DNA from: an uncultured delta proteobacterium
Lineage (GTDB): Bacteria > Desulfobacterota > RBG-13-43-22
DNA: 64,000 nucleotides
NCBI GenBank assembly: GCA_963843145.1
Contig: CAWJJC010000020.1
Coordinates: 512,001-576,000 of the forward strand
Reading direction: 5' to 3'
Position 1 is the stretch's first letter, and every line of letters begins with the position of its first letter. Positions 36,341-49,100 of the stretch are shown here, piece after piece. The position numbers were made by a program, and so were the translations under genes. A model generated the notes under the pieces. It had not been told where the DNA came from, did no database searches, and worked only from the letters and a program-made list of their open reading frames with translations.

Positions 36341-37534
36341 TTATTTTTCGGCCTTGGGGAAAAACAAAAACCCGCTAAAGAGGATGGCCGCCAGCCAGGA
36401 GGTGGCCATGCCGAAAAGAAAGGTGGCTGACGGCCCGACCCGATCCCAAAGCAGCCCGCCGATCACACTGGCCGGCAGCACGGCCAGACCCACCAGGGTA
36501 TTATAGAGTCCAAACCCGGTGGCCTTGAAATCCCGGGGAATGATGGTGGCTAAATAGGCCTTTTGAACCCCTTCGGTCAGGGCCATAAAAACCCCATAGA
36601 GGATAAAGAGCAGCCAGATATGGACGGGCCGGTCGGCCAGGGAAAAACCAAGATAGATCAGACCAAAAAGGATGAGCCCCAAAAGGATGATCGGCTTGGG
36701 TCCAATACGGTCGGAAAGGAGCCCCGCCGGCAGGGCTCCCAACCCATAAACGACATTAAAAACCATATAAATCAAAGGAATAGCCGCCACTGATATCCCC
36801 AAACTTTGGGCTCTCAGAATCAGGAAGACATCGCTTGAATTGCCCAGGGAAAAAAGGGTCACTACGACAATAAAAAATTTATAGGGGCCGGAAAAACTGG
36901 ACCAGTCCAGTCTGGGTTTCTCGACCTGATCGAGAGGGCAAACCCTGGTTTCTCGAATGAAAATAATTATAGTCAGGACAGCCAATAGTCCCGGGATCAT
37001 GGACAGCCAGAAAACAAGTCGATATTGTCCGTTATAATAAGCCAGCAGCCCGAAAGCCGCCGCCGGACCGACCACGGCTCCCAGGGTATCCATGCCGCGA
37101 TGGAACCCGAAAGAACGCCCTAAGCGCTGCTCCTGGCAGGACTCGACAATCAAGGCGTCCCGGGGGGCATTACGAATCCCTTTCCCGAAACGGTCCATAA
37201 AACGGGAACTCAAAACCTGTCCCCAATTAGGGGCGGTGGCGATCAGCGGACGGCTCAGGGTGGAGATGCCGTAGCCCAGGGCCATGAGCCATTTTCGGTG
37301 GCCCAGGCGATCCGAGAGCCAGCCTGAAAACACTTTCAGCAGGCTGGCCGTGCTCTCGGCTATTCCCTCAATCAGGCCAATGACCGACTTGGGGACCCCG
37401 AGTACGGAAGAAAGAAACAAAGGCACCAGGGGATAGACCATCTCCGAACTGAAATCCATGAAGAAGCTGACGATCCCGGCAAAAAAAATATTTCTCTGGA
37501 GACCTGCTATTTTTCTCGAATCATCTTGCGTCAT
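36341..37534 (-). CDS. MFS transporter
   Basis: GWLSDRLGHRK motif A, DRFGKGIRNAPRDALI and GLLSDRIG; 12 TM pattern. Confidence 0.9.
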   Translation of the reverse strand: MTQDDSRKIAGLQRNIFFAGIVSFFMDFSSEMVYPLVPLFLSSVLGVPKSVIGLIEGIAESTASLLKVFSGWLSDRLGHRKWLMALGYGISTLSRPLIATAPNWGQVLSSRFMDRFGKGIRNAPRDALIVESCQEQRLGRSFGFHRGMDTLGAVVGPAAAFGLLAYYNGQYRLVFWLSMIPGLLAVLTIIIFIRETRVCPLDQVEKPRLDWSSFSGPYKFFIVVVTLFSLGNSSDVFLILRAQSLGISVAAIPLIYMVFNVVYGLGALPAGLLSDRIGPKPIILLGLILFGLIYLGFSLADRPVHIWLLFILYGVFMALTEGVQKAYLATIIPRDFKATGFGLYNTLVGLAVLPASVIGGLLWDRVGPSATFLFGMATSWLAAILFSGFLFFPKAEK

Positions 37535-37642
37535 GGCGGCTTCTCTCGCTATAATATTTGTGGTTACATTTTAACTTCTATTAGATACTCCAACAACACT
37601 AAAGAACGTCTGGCGGGGAAAGAAGTCCCCCAAGTATTTTGA

Positions 37643-38968
<1,326 letters not shown>

Positions 38969-39066
38969 AGCAAGGTTACCGGGAAATCTCCAGAATGCCG
39001 GTAAAAAAACGAGATAGACTTTTTGCCCTAATTTTCTAAAATAATTGCTGATCAGGGAGATTACCC

Positions 39067-39513
39067 GTGCCGGAAGAAAAGTGCGTCTTTTGCGATATCG
39101 TGGCCGGGCGGGCCCCGGCCCATATCGTCCATGAGGATGCCCTATCCCTCTGCCTTCTGGACATCCATCCCTACACCAAGGGGCATTGCCTGGTCATCTC
39201 CAAACGGCATGTCCCCTGGTGGCATGAGTTATCCGATGAAGAAAACGCCAGCCTGTTCCAAGTGGCCCGGGTCGTCGCCAACCGGATGATGAAAAAACTG
39301 GAACCGGATTTCGTCTGCCTCTACGCCCGGGGCCGCCGGATTCCCCATACCCATCTCTTTCTGGTCCCGACTTACAGCGGCGATGTGTTGGACCGCTTCT
39401 TCAATGCCCTGGAGCACTTTCAGGAATCTCCCCAAGCCCTGGCCCGGCTCAAGGAACCGGAGGCCATGAAAGAAGCCGCGGAATGGCTTAAAATAAAAGA
39501 GGGCGACAGTTGA
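39067..39513 (+). CDS. HIT-family protein
   Basis: CVFCDIV, LDIHP, GHCLVISKRH and IPHTHLFLVP motifs. Confidence 0.85.
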   Translation: MPEEKCVFCDIVAGRAPAHIVHEDALSLCLLDIHPYTKGHCLVISKRHVPWWHELSDEENASLFQVARVVANRMMKKLEPDFVCLYARGRRIPHTHLFLVPTYSGDVLDRFFNALEHFQESPQALARLKEPEAMKEAAEWLKIKEGDS

Positions 39514-39595
39514 AGCTGTTTTTTCTCTTGACTCCGGATTGGTCTCATTTTAAATTATTCGAGCCTTAAAACTGTCTTAAAATAGATTTTAGTGT

Positions 39596-39647
39596 AGCGA
39601 TGGGGTTCGCTTAACCGTCCTGCGGAATCGGGACTGATAACTCCTGC
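39596..39647 (+). ncRNA. Fluoride (crcB) riboswitch aptamer
   Basis: AGCGAUGGGGUUCGCU-UAACC-GUCC...GGAC-UGAUAACUCCUGC matches the GGCGAUGGxGUUCGCC...GCUAAUGACxCCUAC pattern, including the pseudoknot pairing GGGGUU/AACUCC. Confidence 0.88.
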
Positions 39648-39674
39648 CGAGAAAATTATTGGCAGGAGTTTTTT
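39639..39674 (+). terminator. Riboswitch expression-platform terminator
   Basis: AACTCCTGCCGA...TTGGCAGGAGTT followed by a T-run; it overlaps the 3' strand of the aptamer pseudoknot. Confidence 0.85.
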
Positions 39675-39728
39675 ATTTTTGGTTAATTGGAATAGCGTCA
39701 CCGACAGAAGTCCGACGAGGGAGTCCTA

Positions 39729-41487
39729 ATGGTTCTCGACCGATACGCCTCGCTTAAAGAAGATATCGTAAAGTGCATCGACTCCATCTTGACCATCGAA
39801 AACCTATCCGCCGGCCTCTGTGAGGAACTCAAAGACAAACTCGAAAACAACGTGTTTAACCTCGTGGTCCTGGGCCAGTTTAAACGGGGGAAGACCAGCC
39901 TGATCAATGCGCTCCTGGGAGCAGAAATATTACCTACCGCTATCGTGCCGCTCACCTCTATTGCCACGATTCTCACATACGGCGAAACAATAAATATCAA
40001 AGTCCATTTCACTGACGGCCGGGTGATTGAAATTAAACCGGCAACCCTATCCCAATATGTAACCGAAAAAGGGAATCCCAAAAATGAGAAAGCGGTGCAG
40101 GAAGTCATCATGGCCTATCCCTCGACCTATTTAAAAGACGGGGTCCGGTTAATTGACACCCCCGGCGTCGGATCGGTTTATGAACATAATACCGATGTGG
40201 CTTATCAGTATTTACCCAAGTCGGATGCCGCCTTGTTTCTTCTCTCCGTGGATCAGCCGGTAAGCCAGGCCGAGCTAAATTTTTTAAAGGACGTCAAAGA
40301 ATATTCCCACCGGATATTCTTTCTCCAGAATAAGGCCGATTATGTCGGCCCCGAAGACCTGGCCGAATCCATTTTATTCTCCAAGCAAATTATTGAGGAA
40401 TCCCTGGGCAGCGAAGTCAAGATTTTCCCCCTTTCCGCCAAATGGGCTCTCCAAGGCAAATTGTCCGGAACAAAGGAACTCCTGGAGAAAAGTTTTCTTC
40501 CGGAATTTGAACTTATCCTGAATACCTTTCTGATGCAGGAAAAGGGACAGGTCCTGCTCCTTTCCGTGACGAACAATCTTCTTCGTTTGCTCGCTCAGGC
40601 CCGGTTCAAGCTTGAGCTGGAGATAAAATCGCTCGCCACGCCCCTGGAGGAACTGCACGAGAAGATAAAGATCTTCGAGAAAAAAAAGGAAGAGATCCTG
40701 GTCGAAAAGGAAGACTTCTGCCTTTTGCTGGATGGCGCGACGAAGAATATTATCAAGAACGTATTGGATGAAGACACGAGGACCTTCAGGCAGGGGCTGA
40801 TCCTTAAGGTATCGGAAAACATTGAAAGCAGCTACCAGGCGTATTCGGGCCTGTCCCTGAAGGAGATTCAGCGGCGTCTTGAAGGGCAGATGGTCGTCGG
40901 AAGTCAAACAGGGCTTTATGACCTGGCGCGTCCTGGAGGACGAGAAACTGTCAAAAACCTTCGAGGCGTCCTGCCGGCGGTTTATTACCAAGATCGACGA
41001 GACCGTGGATGCCCTCCTTAGCTTCTCGGCGGAACTCTTTGCGGTTCCCTTCGGTATCGTCAAGGCCGAGGCCCTTTGGTCATCGAAGTCGAGGTTTTAC
41101 TATAAATTCAAGGAGCAGCCGGGGGGGATTGAGATCGTGGCCTCATCGCTGACTTTGTTGCTGCCGAAATTCATCGGCGAAAAGATCATGCTGAAGAAGA
41201 TGAAGGAATACCTCCAGGGAGTGATCGACAGGCAGTCCGCCAGGATTGGTTCTGACTTTGAAGAAAGGCTGGATAAGAGTAAGCTGGCCTTCCGATGGGA
41301 GATGCTCCAAAGGATTGAGGCCACCATGGAAGGGATATCCAAAGCCATCGAAACCGGAATGAGCCGGAAATGGAAAGGCGAAAAGGCGGTGGAGGAACAA
41401 AAGGCCTTTCTCCTGGAAAAGGAAAAGGGAATGAGTGAAATCAAAGAAAAACTGATGCGGATACGGGAAAACTTGTCCATTAAATAG
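39729..41487 (+). CDS. Bacterial dynamin-like GTPase (one +1 frameshift near 40900)
   Basis: GQFKRGKTSLINALLG, PLTS, LIDTPGVGS, NKAD and helical/coiled-coil C-terminus. ORFs 39729-41021 and 40879-41487 join as EGQMVV-EVKQGF. Confidence 0.88.
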
Positions 41488-41508
41488 ACTAAGGAATTTT
41501 AATAATTG

Positions 41509-41736
41509 TCAATTAATTTTTGCCACCCTAATCAATAAAAAATTAAAAACAAAATTAGTAGCGCTGACCGAAGGACTGGTGAAGTTCAAAAAACTTACCT
41601 GAAAGGGGAGGAGTAGAAAAGCCCCCGAAACACCGCCCATCGAGGTAAAAAAAGATACGATAAAAGCCACCACGGGAGGGATAAAAAAATAGGTCTTTAC
41701 CCCCGAAACCGGGAAAAGCCAATACAAGCTTTCCAT
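41509..41736 (-). pseudogene. Truncated TauE/SafE-family sulfite exporter
   Basis: FTSMGGVSGAFLLLPFQVS...PSVSATN; similarity stops after about 65 aa, at the dynamin 3' end. Confidence 0.7.
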
Positions 41737-41869
41737 ATAATTCCTCCCGTTAATTTATATAGTTGCCATTCGGGATTCATTCGATTTCTATCTTCTTAAA
41801 GGGATTTGAAAGGTATTTCTTCACAAAACGGATTAAGAAGTTTCTGGACTTAACCAATGACCGACCAAA

Positions 41870-43255
41870 TCAGCGGAACACTACAAGTGAAATCAGGGCA
41901 CCGCTAAGCACAATCCAGATAGTGTCTATCTTAACAAAGCGCTGCACCAGAAAAGCGGCTATGGCCATGGAAATGGCCGGGATGTCCACCAGGGTATCTC
42001 CGGCCAGCTTGACCAGCACAACGACCAGCGTTCCGATAAAGGCTGCCACGATACCCCCGATTACCTGCTTTACGTATCCCACTTGACCTGCTTTCGCGTA
42101 TGGAACTGCCACTACGGTCGTCATGGCCCAGGCCGGAAAATACATATTCACCATTCCCACCACTGCGCCGATAACACCGGCAACCTTATAGCCGATAAAC
42201 GTGCCGATGATGGTCACAGGTCCGGGGGTGATCAGGCTCAAAGCCAGTGCTACGGCAAATTGTTGATTGGTCAGCCAGTTGAACTGATCGACCACGGTAT
42301 CCTGTATGAAGGGGAGCATGGCGTAGCCGCTGCCGAAAACCAGGGCACCGATCCGGAGGAATTTGTCGCCCATCTGCATCAACTCCGGCCTTAGATGGAT
42401 TAGAAACAGGTCGACGGCCAGAATCAGACATAACCAGACGACCAGCATGGCGAATTTTCGCCAATGCAGAGACAAGGGTGCCCGGCTGCAGGCAGAGACA
42501 TATTCTGAATTATAAACCGGTGCGGCAGGCTGCAGATCGGATTTGCCGGCAGCGGCCCCCGGCTGCATTTTCTGTGTACTTGTGCCCCTGCCGGGATTAG
42601 CGGCCAGAGAAGTGCCTTTCTTCCATAGGCTGTTCCAATTGCCTGTCCAGCGGGACAGCACCGGAAAACAATGCGTGAGCAGAACCATTACCAGACTGGT
42701 GCTCCCGGCAATGAGCAAAATTTTGATCACCCCCATCTTGAACCAGAAGACCATGGCGAAGCCGACGACTGCCATTATCCAGTTGAATATGGTTTTGACA
42801 CTGGTCCTCCAGAGATTGAGAATAGTGTTAGAGACCAGGCCGACCACCAAAGCTCCCAGGCCACGAAAGAGGCCCGAAACAATAGGCATCTCCCCATACT
42901 CAAGATAAAGATGGGAAAGAAACAGCATGAGTAGAAAACATGGAATCAGAAAGAAAATCGTGGCTACCGCCGCCCCTGGCAACCCGCGCAGCCGGAAGCC
43001 CAAATAGGATGAAAGGTTCACCGTAGGCGCGCCTGGCATCAGTTGAGCCAGCCCCAGCCCCTGCATGTACTCATCGTCGCTGAACCATCTCCTCTTCTTT
43101 GTCATCCAATTCTTGGCTTCCCCGAGAGCCGCCAGGCTGAAAGAGGCCAACCCGATGCCAAGAAATGTGCGGGCAATATCCCATAATCTCACCGGCGAAG
43201 AACCATCTGTGATGAGCGCTTTCTGCTTTTCCAAATAGATTTCTCGTTTGTTCAT
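41870..43255 (-). CDS. chrA: Long-chain chromate ion transporter (CHR family)
   Basis: Two CHR halves: AQLMPGAP..GFRLRG and GALVFGSGYAMLP...ITPGP. Confidence 0.88.
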   Translation of the reverse strand: MNKREIYLEKQKALITDGSSPVRLWDIARTFLGIGLASFSLAALGEAKNWMTKKRRWFSDDEYMQGLGLAQLMPGAPTVNLSSYLGFRLRGLPGAAVATIFFLIPCFLLMLFLSHLYLEYGEMPIVSGLFRGLGALVVGLVSNTILNLWRTSVKTIFNWIMAVVGFAMVFWFKMGVIKILLIAGSTSLVMVLLTHCFPVLSRWTGNWNSLWKKGTSLAANPGRGTSTQKMQPGAAAGKSDLQPAAPVYNSEYVSACSRAPLSLHWRKFAMLVVWLCLILAVDLFLIHLRPELMQMGDKFLRIGALVFGSGYAMLPFIQDTVVDQFNWLTNQQFAVALALSLITPGPVTIIGTFIGYKVAGVIGAVVGMVNMYFPAWAMTTVVAVPYAKAGQVGYVKQVIGGIVAAFIGTLVVVLVKLAGDTLVDIPAISMAIAAFLVQRFVKIDTIWIVLSGALISLVVFR

Positions 43256-43307
43256 TTATGGACTTTCATATTTCTCGTCGTTCAAGATCGCGTTTGAAGA
43301 AAGGTTC

Positions 43308-43775
43308 TCATTTTCTCGCCCTCATATCATGAACCCCGAGACCGCCCGAAGCAAACTGCTCTAAGATAATCTCGTAAAACTTTCTTTTTTGTGATGAGGT
43401 AAGCAGTTCCTGTTCTTCGAGGATATGTTCGATTACCTGTCGTTCTAATTCCGACTGGTGGTCGAGGACCTGCTTGGCTGCCTCATAGATTTCATTCCTG
43501 TCGGCGGGCTCGGAGAAAAGAACCCGGGCAAGCTCCGCCCGTTCGCGGCGCAGACTCTGCCTGATCCCCTGAACCCTGGGCAGGAAAGTCTGCCGAATCT
43601 CCTGAACCTTTTCCCGTTGCTTCTTTGAAAGGTCGGGGATAAAGTCCAGATAGCCCTTGATGTCTGAGAGATTGGCTTTATTTCGCCTGGAGACGAAATA
43701 GAGGCCGAACAACACAGCCGCCGCCAGGAACAGGGCCGTTAAGAACCCGGCAAAAAATGCGTAGGATACACTCAT
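43308..43775 (-). CDS. Spy/CpxP/ZraP-like periplasmic heavy-metal sensor
   Basis: N-terminal TM, LSKKQREK and LTSSQKRKF (LTxxQ) motifs. Confidence 0.78.
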   Translation of the reverse strand: MSVSYAFFAGFLTALFLAAAVLFGLYFVSRRNKANLSDIKGYLDFIPDLSKKQREKVQEIRQTFLPRVQGIRQSLRRERAELARVLFSEPADRNEIYEAAKQVLDHQSELERQVIEHILEEQELLTSSQKRKFYEIILEQFASGGLGVHDMRARK

Positions 43776-44206
43776 GGCAACATCCTTATTCTTTGCTTCG
43801 GTGGTTCAAGAAGCCTGAAATAAATAAAACTCATGGAAAGGGGCGGATAGTCGCTGAATTCCTCCAGGGTTCGAATGCCTTGACGGGGTCTCGAAGGAAT
43901 GAGGCTGAATATTTCTTCGGAAAGCCGCTCCAGGGCAAATTTAAAACGGGATGCGATCCGGGCAGGTTTCTCATCAGCCATCTTCGAGGCCGCTATCGCG
44001 GCCACCACAACCCTTCGGGAGAAATCCGGACTCGGATCATTTCCCGGCAGCCCATACACTAATTTATCTATTTTCCTGAATTCAAGAAGGCTTTCCCGGC
44101 ATTGGGGACAATCTTCAAGGTGTTTTTCAATAAACCGGAAGGTGGCGCCTTCCATCTCGTTGTCCATAAAGGCAGAGAGTTTTCTTTTGATCTGAGAGCA
44201 GTCCAT
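43772..44206 (-). CDS. Anti-sigma factor with zf-HC2 domain
   Basis: MDCSQIKRKLSAFMDNE...HLEDCPQC. Confidence 0.85.
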   Translation of the reverse strand: MDCSQIKRKLSAFMDNEMEGATFRFIEKHLEDCPQCRESLLEFRKIDKLVYGLPGNDPSPDFSRRVVVAAIAASKMADEKPARIASRFKFALERLSEEIFSLIPSRPRQGIRTLEEFSDYPPLSMSFIYFRLLEPPKQRIRMLP

Positions 44207-44215
44207 TTTTTTCCT

Positions 44216-44752
44216 TCACTTTTGATCAAGATATCGTTTGAGAGTCGTCCGGGCCCTGAAGAGCAACGACTCGACACTTTGAACACTGACCCCGAGAACA
44301 GCTCCAATCTCCCGATAGGTCAGCCCTTCGTTGGTGCGGAAGATCAGAGCCGCCCTTTGATTGTCGGGAAGTCGAGCCATGGCCGACATGATCTCTTCGA
44401 TCTCGTAATGGTCGGCGTGTCTGGAAAAAGTTTTTTCGGCACTGTCTTCCCCGTTTTGATACAAGGTCTCGTTCAGATTCCGTTGTCGCTTGCGGCGGCC
44501 TATCTCGGTCAGGGCCTGATTATAAGCGATCTGAAAAATCCAGGTCGAGACCTTCGCCTTGGCCTGAAACCGTGGGGCCGCACGGTATATTCTAAGAAAA
44601 ACCTCCTGGGTAATATCTTCCGCTTTAGACTGAACCCCGAATCTGGCGACGAAGGTCAACAGAGGGCCTTGGTACCGTTTGACCAAGGACTCGAATGCCT
44701 CCTGGTCACCACGTCCTGTGGCCTCAACCAGTTCAAGATCAGGGTCTACCAT
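44216..44752 (-). CDS. ECF RNA polymerase sigma factor
   Basis: GDQEAFESLVKRY, AEDITQEVFL, STWIFQIAYN and LPDNQR...GLTYREIG...SLLFRAR. Confidence 0.92.
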   Translation of the reverse strand: MVDPDLELVEATGRGDQEAFESLVKRYQGPLLTFVARFGVQSKAEDITQEVFLRIYRAAPRFQAKAKVSTWIFQIAYNQALTEIGRRKRQRNLNETLYQNGEDSAEKTFSRHADHYEIEEIMSAMARLPDNQRAALIFRTNEGLTYREIGAVLGVSVQSVESLLFRARTTLKRYLDQK

Positions 44753-44950
44753 CGGAATGAGCTTCGTCTCGGGATCAAATTTTTATCCAATTAAACGGTT
44801 AAACCTCCGAAGAAGGAGAAACTTGCGGTCTATATATAAAACTTTTCACTTTTATTTGGATGGTCAACAAGGCTAAAAAAAGGCATCTCAATGCCAAAAA
44901 GGCCTGGGTCTCTAAAGGTGTTGAAGGAGGGTGTTCTTTTTTGCTTTTCC

Positions 44951-46102
44951 CTAAGAAAACAGCCAAATGGAAAGAATACCGCCGATAATCACAATATACA
45001 GGAGGTCTATTTTTTTTATCAGGGCTATTAAGGCCACAACTCCCAGGAGAATCCTGATGATATCCCAGGGGACCGCTACGGCAAATTTGATCAAGACATA
45101 GAGCAACAGACCAACAAAAGAGGCCAGGATACCCTTGGTCGCCTTTAAAAATAGCGGTGAGGACTTTAATCGATCAAAGACAGGGTTTATGATAACCAGC
45201 ATTAAAAAGGAGGGCGTGAAAATGGAGAGCGTAGCCACCAGAGAACCCCAAAAACCATACAATAAATAGCCCACATAAGTAGCCGTAATGACAATGGGGC
45301 CCGGGGTGACCTGACCCAGGGCGATACCGCTCATAAAGGTCTTTTCATCCATCCATCCCCTAACTTCGACTACCTCATGAAGCATCAAAGGCAGCGAAGT
45401 AAAACCGCCGCCAAAGGCAAAAAGATCTATCTTCATCATTAAAGTAGATAAAATGAAGAAATTGAAATTAAAGAAATAAAGAATTATCAACCCCGCCAAA
45501 AGGATTAATAAAAGGAAGATAGTCGGTTTGATTTTCCATTGCTCCCCTTTACGGTCCGCTGCCGGGGAGGGCTGGGTATTTCTATATAAAAAAATACTGG
45601 CTAAACCGGCTCCCGGTATGACCAGAAAGGGACTGATCCCTATTCCCAGGGAGCCGGCTGCTGCAACAGCAATAATAATATTTTGGTAACGATGGGCGAT
45701 GCTTTTTCCAAAGGAATAGGTGGCCTGGGCAATGATGGCCACCACAATGACCTGAAGCCCGGCAAATAAGGAGTGAACAAAGGAGAGTTCATGATAGTTT
45801 TTGTATAAGACCGAAAATGCCAGCATTAAAATAAAAGCCGGCAGGCCGAACCCTACGTAAGAGGCCAGTGCCCCCTTTAGGCCTTTTATTCTTAATCCAA
45901 CATAACCGGCCATTTGCAAGGCCGTGGCCCCGGGTATGGATTGGCAGAGGACCACACCGTCCTTAAAGCGTCCCTCATTCAACCAATGATTCTTTTTTAC
46001 CGAAAGTTCCTTAATGTGGGCGATCATGGCCGGACCGCCGAAGGCGGTCAGGCCCAGCCGGAGAAAAGAAAAAAAGATTTTGGATAGGGAGGGGGAAGAC
46101 AT
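44951..46102 (-). CDS. chrA: Chromate ion transporter (CHR family), second copy
   Basis: GLTAFGGPAM, QSIPGA, FAFGGGF and GQVTPGP motifs. Confidence 0.9.
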   Translation of the reverse strand: MSSPSLSKIFFSFLRLGLTAFGGPAMIAHIKELSVKKNHWLNEGRFKDGVVLCQSIPGATALQMAGYVGLRIKGLKGALASYVGFGLPAFILMLAFSVLYKNYHELSFVHSLFAGLQVIVVAIIAQATYSFGKSIAHRYQNIIIAVAAAGSLGIGISPFLVIPGAGLASIFLYRNTQPSPAADRKGEQWKIKPTIFLLLILLAGLIILYFFNFNFFILSTLMMKIDLFAFGGGFTSLPLMLHEVVEVRGWMDEKTFMSGIALGQVTPGPIVITATYVGYLLYGFWGSLVATLSIFTPSFLMLVIINPVFDRLKSSPLFLKATKGILASFVGLLLYVLIKFAVAVPWDIIRILLGVVALIALIKKIDLLYIVIIGGILSIWLFS

Positions 46103-46161
46103 TTAGACGTTAGGCCATATCCGGTAATGGAAGAAAATTCTGGTTAGGGAAGGGGAAGACA

Positions 46162-49100
46162 TTAAAGAATATTCAATCTCCCGACGATGGGGCCACTTCT
46201 CCGGCAGCGGCATTTGATCGGCCTCGAGCTTGGCGATGACGTCTTCAGCCAGACGACCGCATCCTCAAAAAGGGTATAAAATATGGGTACATAGAGGAGG
46301 TTAGAAAAGGTCGAAACCATCAGACCGCCTATGGCGACTACGGCCAGGGGAGAAAGGCGCTCCAAGCCGATGGCCGTTCCAGGGCGATGGGAAGCATCCC
46401 CACCGCCGTGCGAAAGCGGTCATGAGAATGGGTCTGGTGCGGACTCTCACACTTTCGCGTACGGCCTCGACTGTCGACAGGCCCCGTTCTTTGGCCTTTT
46501 CGATAAAGTCGATCAAGAGGATGGAGTTCTTTACGACGATGCCGGCTAAGAGTATGAGACCCATATTGGCCGAGATGGACTGCGTTTTGTTGGTGATCAG
46601 CAATGACCAGATGGCGCCTATCATGGCCAGGGGAATGGCCGTCATGATAGTCAGGGGATGGATAAAAGAGCGGAAGGCCGGAATGAGAGAAAAATAAAGG
46701 AGCACCATAGCGATGAGAAGGGCCGAGTTAAAGGCCGCGTGTTTTCGCTACTCTGCTTGGCGTCCCCTCCTGGCTGATGGTATCCGGGAGGGAGCTTGAT
46801 CCCCTTGAGGGACTTTTGCACATTGGCCATAATATGGGAGAGGTCGGCTTTTCCCGAAAGCCGTAAACATCGATGCTGTTCCGCATGGACTGCCGGGTGA
46901 GGAGGGTTGGCACATAGTTCGTAGTGATAGCGCCTAAAAGAGAAAGAGAGGATATCTCCCGAGAGGGGTCTGGACCGGAAAGATTCAAGCGTCGGCGATA
47001 CTTCGTGGACCGTATTTTTCAGCAGCCGGATCCGACCGGAAAACCGTCTTCGCCGGCCACGCGGAAGAGTGACGACACCCCGCCTTGTACGGCAGCCTGC
47101 ACCTGGGCGGCAATCTCCTTGCGGAGAGATGCCATAGTAGCTGCGAACGCTCGCGATTGGCAATAAAAAGGATTTCTTTCTTATCCAAAGCCCATGAAAG
47201 GGAGACGGACTTTAATCCCCGGAAGTCTGCAAAAGGCGTTTTTTACTTCCTCTCCGATCCGGTGAGAACCTTCTTGGATCGGTCCCGCTCACCATTGCGT
47301 CTACATGGAACGGATGCGTCGACATGGGCGTAGCGCCGTAATCGAAGACATCGATCGATTTGAGTCCCGGTGATCTTCAAGAAATTCTCGATTCATGCCT
47401 TTTCGATGTCCCACATGCCCTGCTTCCGATGAAAACGGTCGACCAGATTGACCGTAATGTTTCCCTGCTGTGGGTTCTTGCCGCTTCCAAAGGAGACCAC
47501 GGAGGGCTCGGAGCCGAGGGTGGCGCTGATGGATACCACGCCCTCCTGCGCTTTAATAATATCTTCCATTTTCTTGAGAGAATATCGTTGGACTGAGCCA
47601 AAGAGCGTGTTGGCATCGGCCTCGAAGTTGATTTTGATGATGCCCGTGTCCATGGGGGGCTGACGTTTCGACCTACCAGGGGCTGAACATACTTGCAGCG
47701 GTCACCGAGCAACAGAACAGCGGCCAGGCCGACAAAAAAAGAAGCGGTGCTTAAGCGCGGTATCGAGGCCGCCGCCGAAGAAGTCCCGTATACCGTTGAG
47801 CAGGCCGTCGCTCCCATGGGTAATCCACTGCCTCGAACCTGCTTTTTCCTTGGTTTGCTCCAGGATATAGGGGGCCAAGATGGGGATGATGGTCACCGAA
47901 ACGACATAGGAGGCAACCAGGGCAATCGAAAGGGACAGCGTCAAGGGACGAAGCACGGTCTGGACATACCCGCCAATGAAGATAATGGGCAGGAGCACCA
48001 CAATGGTGGCATAGGTGCCGGAAAATATGGCCAGCATGACCTCTTCGGTTCCCCCGGCAACGAGGTCTTTCAGATTCTTACCTTCGACTGGTAGTGCCGC
48101 TCAATGTTCTCGATCACCACGATGGCGTCATCCAGAAGCATTCCCACGGCCAGGATCACTCCGGTCAGGGTGACCATGTGGAATTCAAAACCAAACAGCC
48201 ACATAACGGCAAAGGTGATCAGATAGGTGAAGGGGATGGACACGGCACAGAGTGCCATAGCCCTTAGGTTTCCTAAAAAGAGGAATATGACGATAACGGT
48301 AACGATGACGGCTTCTCGAAGGGCTCCGAGCATGTCGTCGACGCTCCGGGTTATCAGGTTTTTCTGGGTATAGCTGACCTCGAAGTCGAATAGAGGGGTA
48401 AGGCGGCCTTAAGCGCGGGGAGATTGGCTTCGACGGCCAGAATAGGATCCAGGGTATGGCCGCTTTCGGTTCGAAGGATATTGATTCCTATGGCCTCTTT
48501 ACCGTTACCATGATAGGCGGATTGCGGTTCTTGTTCCGCGGGTTGAATTTTGGCTACATCCCTCAGGTGGACAATACCGCTATCCCGCCGGGCAATCACC
48601 AGATCGGCCAGTTCGCTCCGGGTAGCCGCCCCTTCCGTCTTGAACAGGTATTGGCCCTCTTTCCTAATGATAATCCCTTGAGGGATATTTTGATTCTGGG
48701 CGGATAACGGCGGCCATGACGTCGGTGATACCGATACCGAACCGGCTCAGGCAGTCCGGCTGCACGGAGACTGGGACTTCCGGCTGGTTGTGCGCCGAAC
48801 ACCTCCACATTGCCAACGTCGGGAATCCTGCAGAAGCTCCTCCTTGATCTGGTTGTCGGCCAGCTCCCGTACCTTCCGTAAGTCCAACAGATATCCCGGT
48901 TTCGGGAGTTAAGGCCAGGGTCATAGTCGGCTGGGTGGCCTGACTGATCTTAAATATCTGAGGAGGCCGAATCCCCTGAGGAAGACGGGCCGTAACCTTG
49001 CTTAAGGCATTGGCCACATCGGTGGCCGCCGCTTCCAGACCCTTTTGCGTATTCGAACTCCGCCAGGACCACCGACACCTCATCTTTGGAAGTGGAGGTT

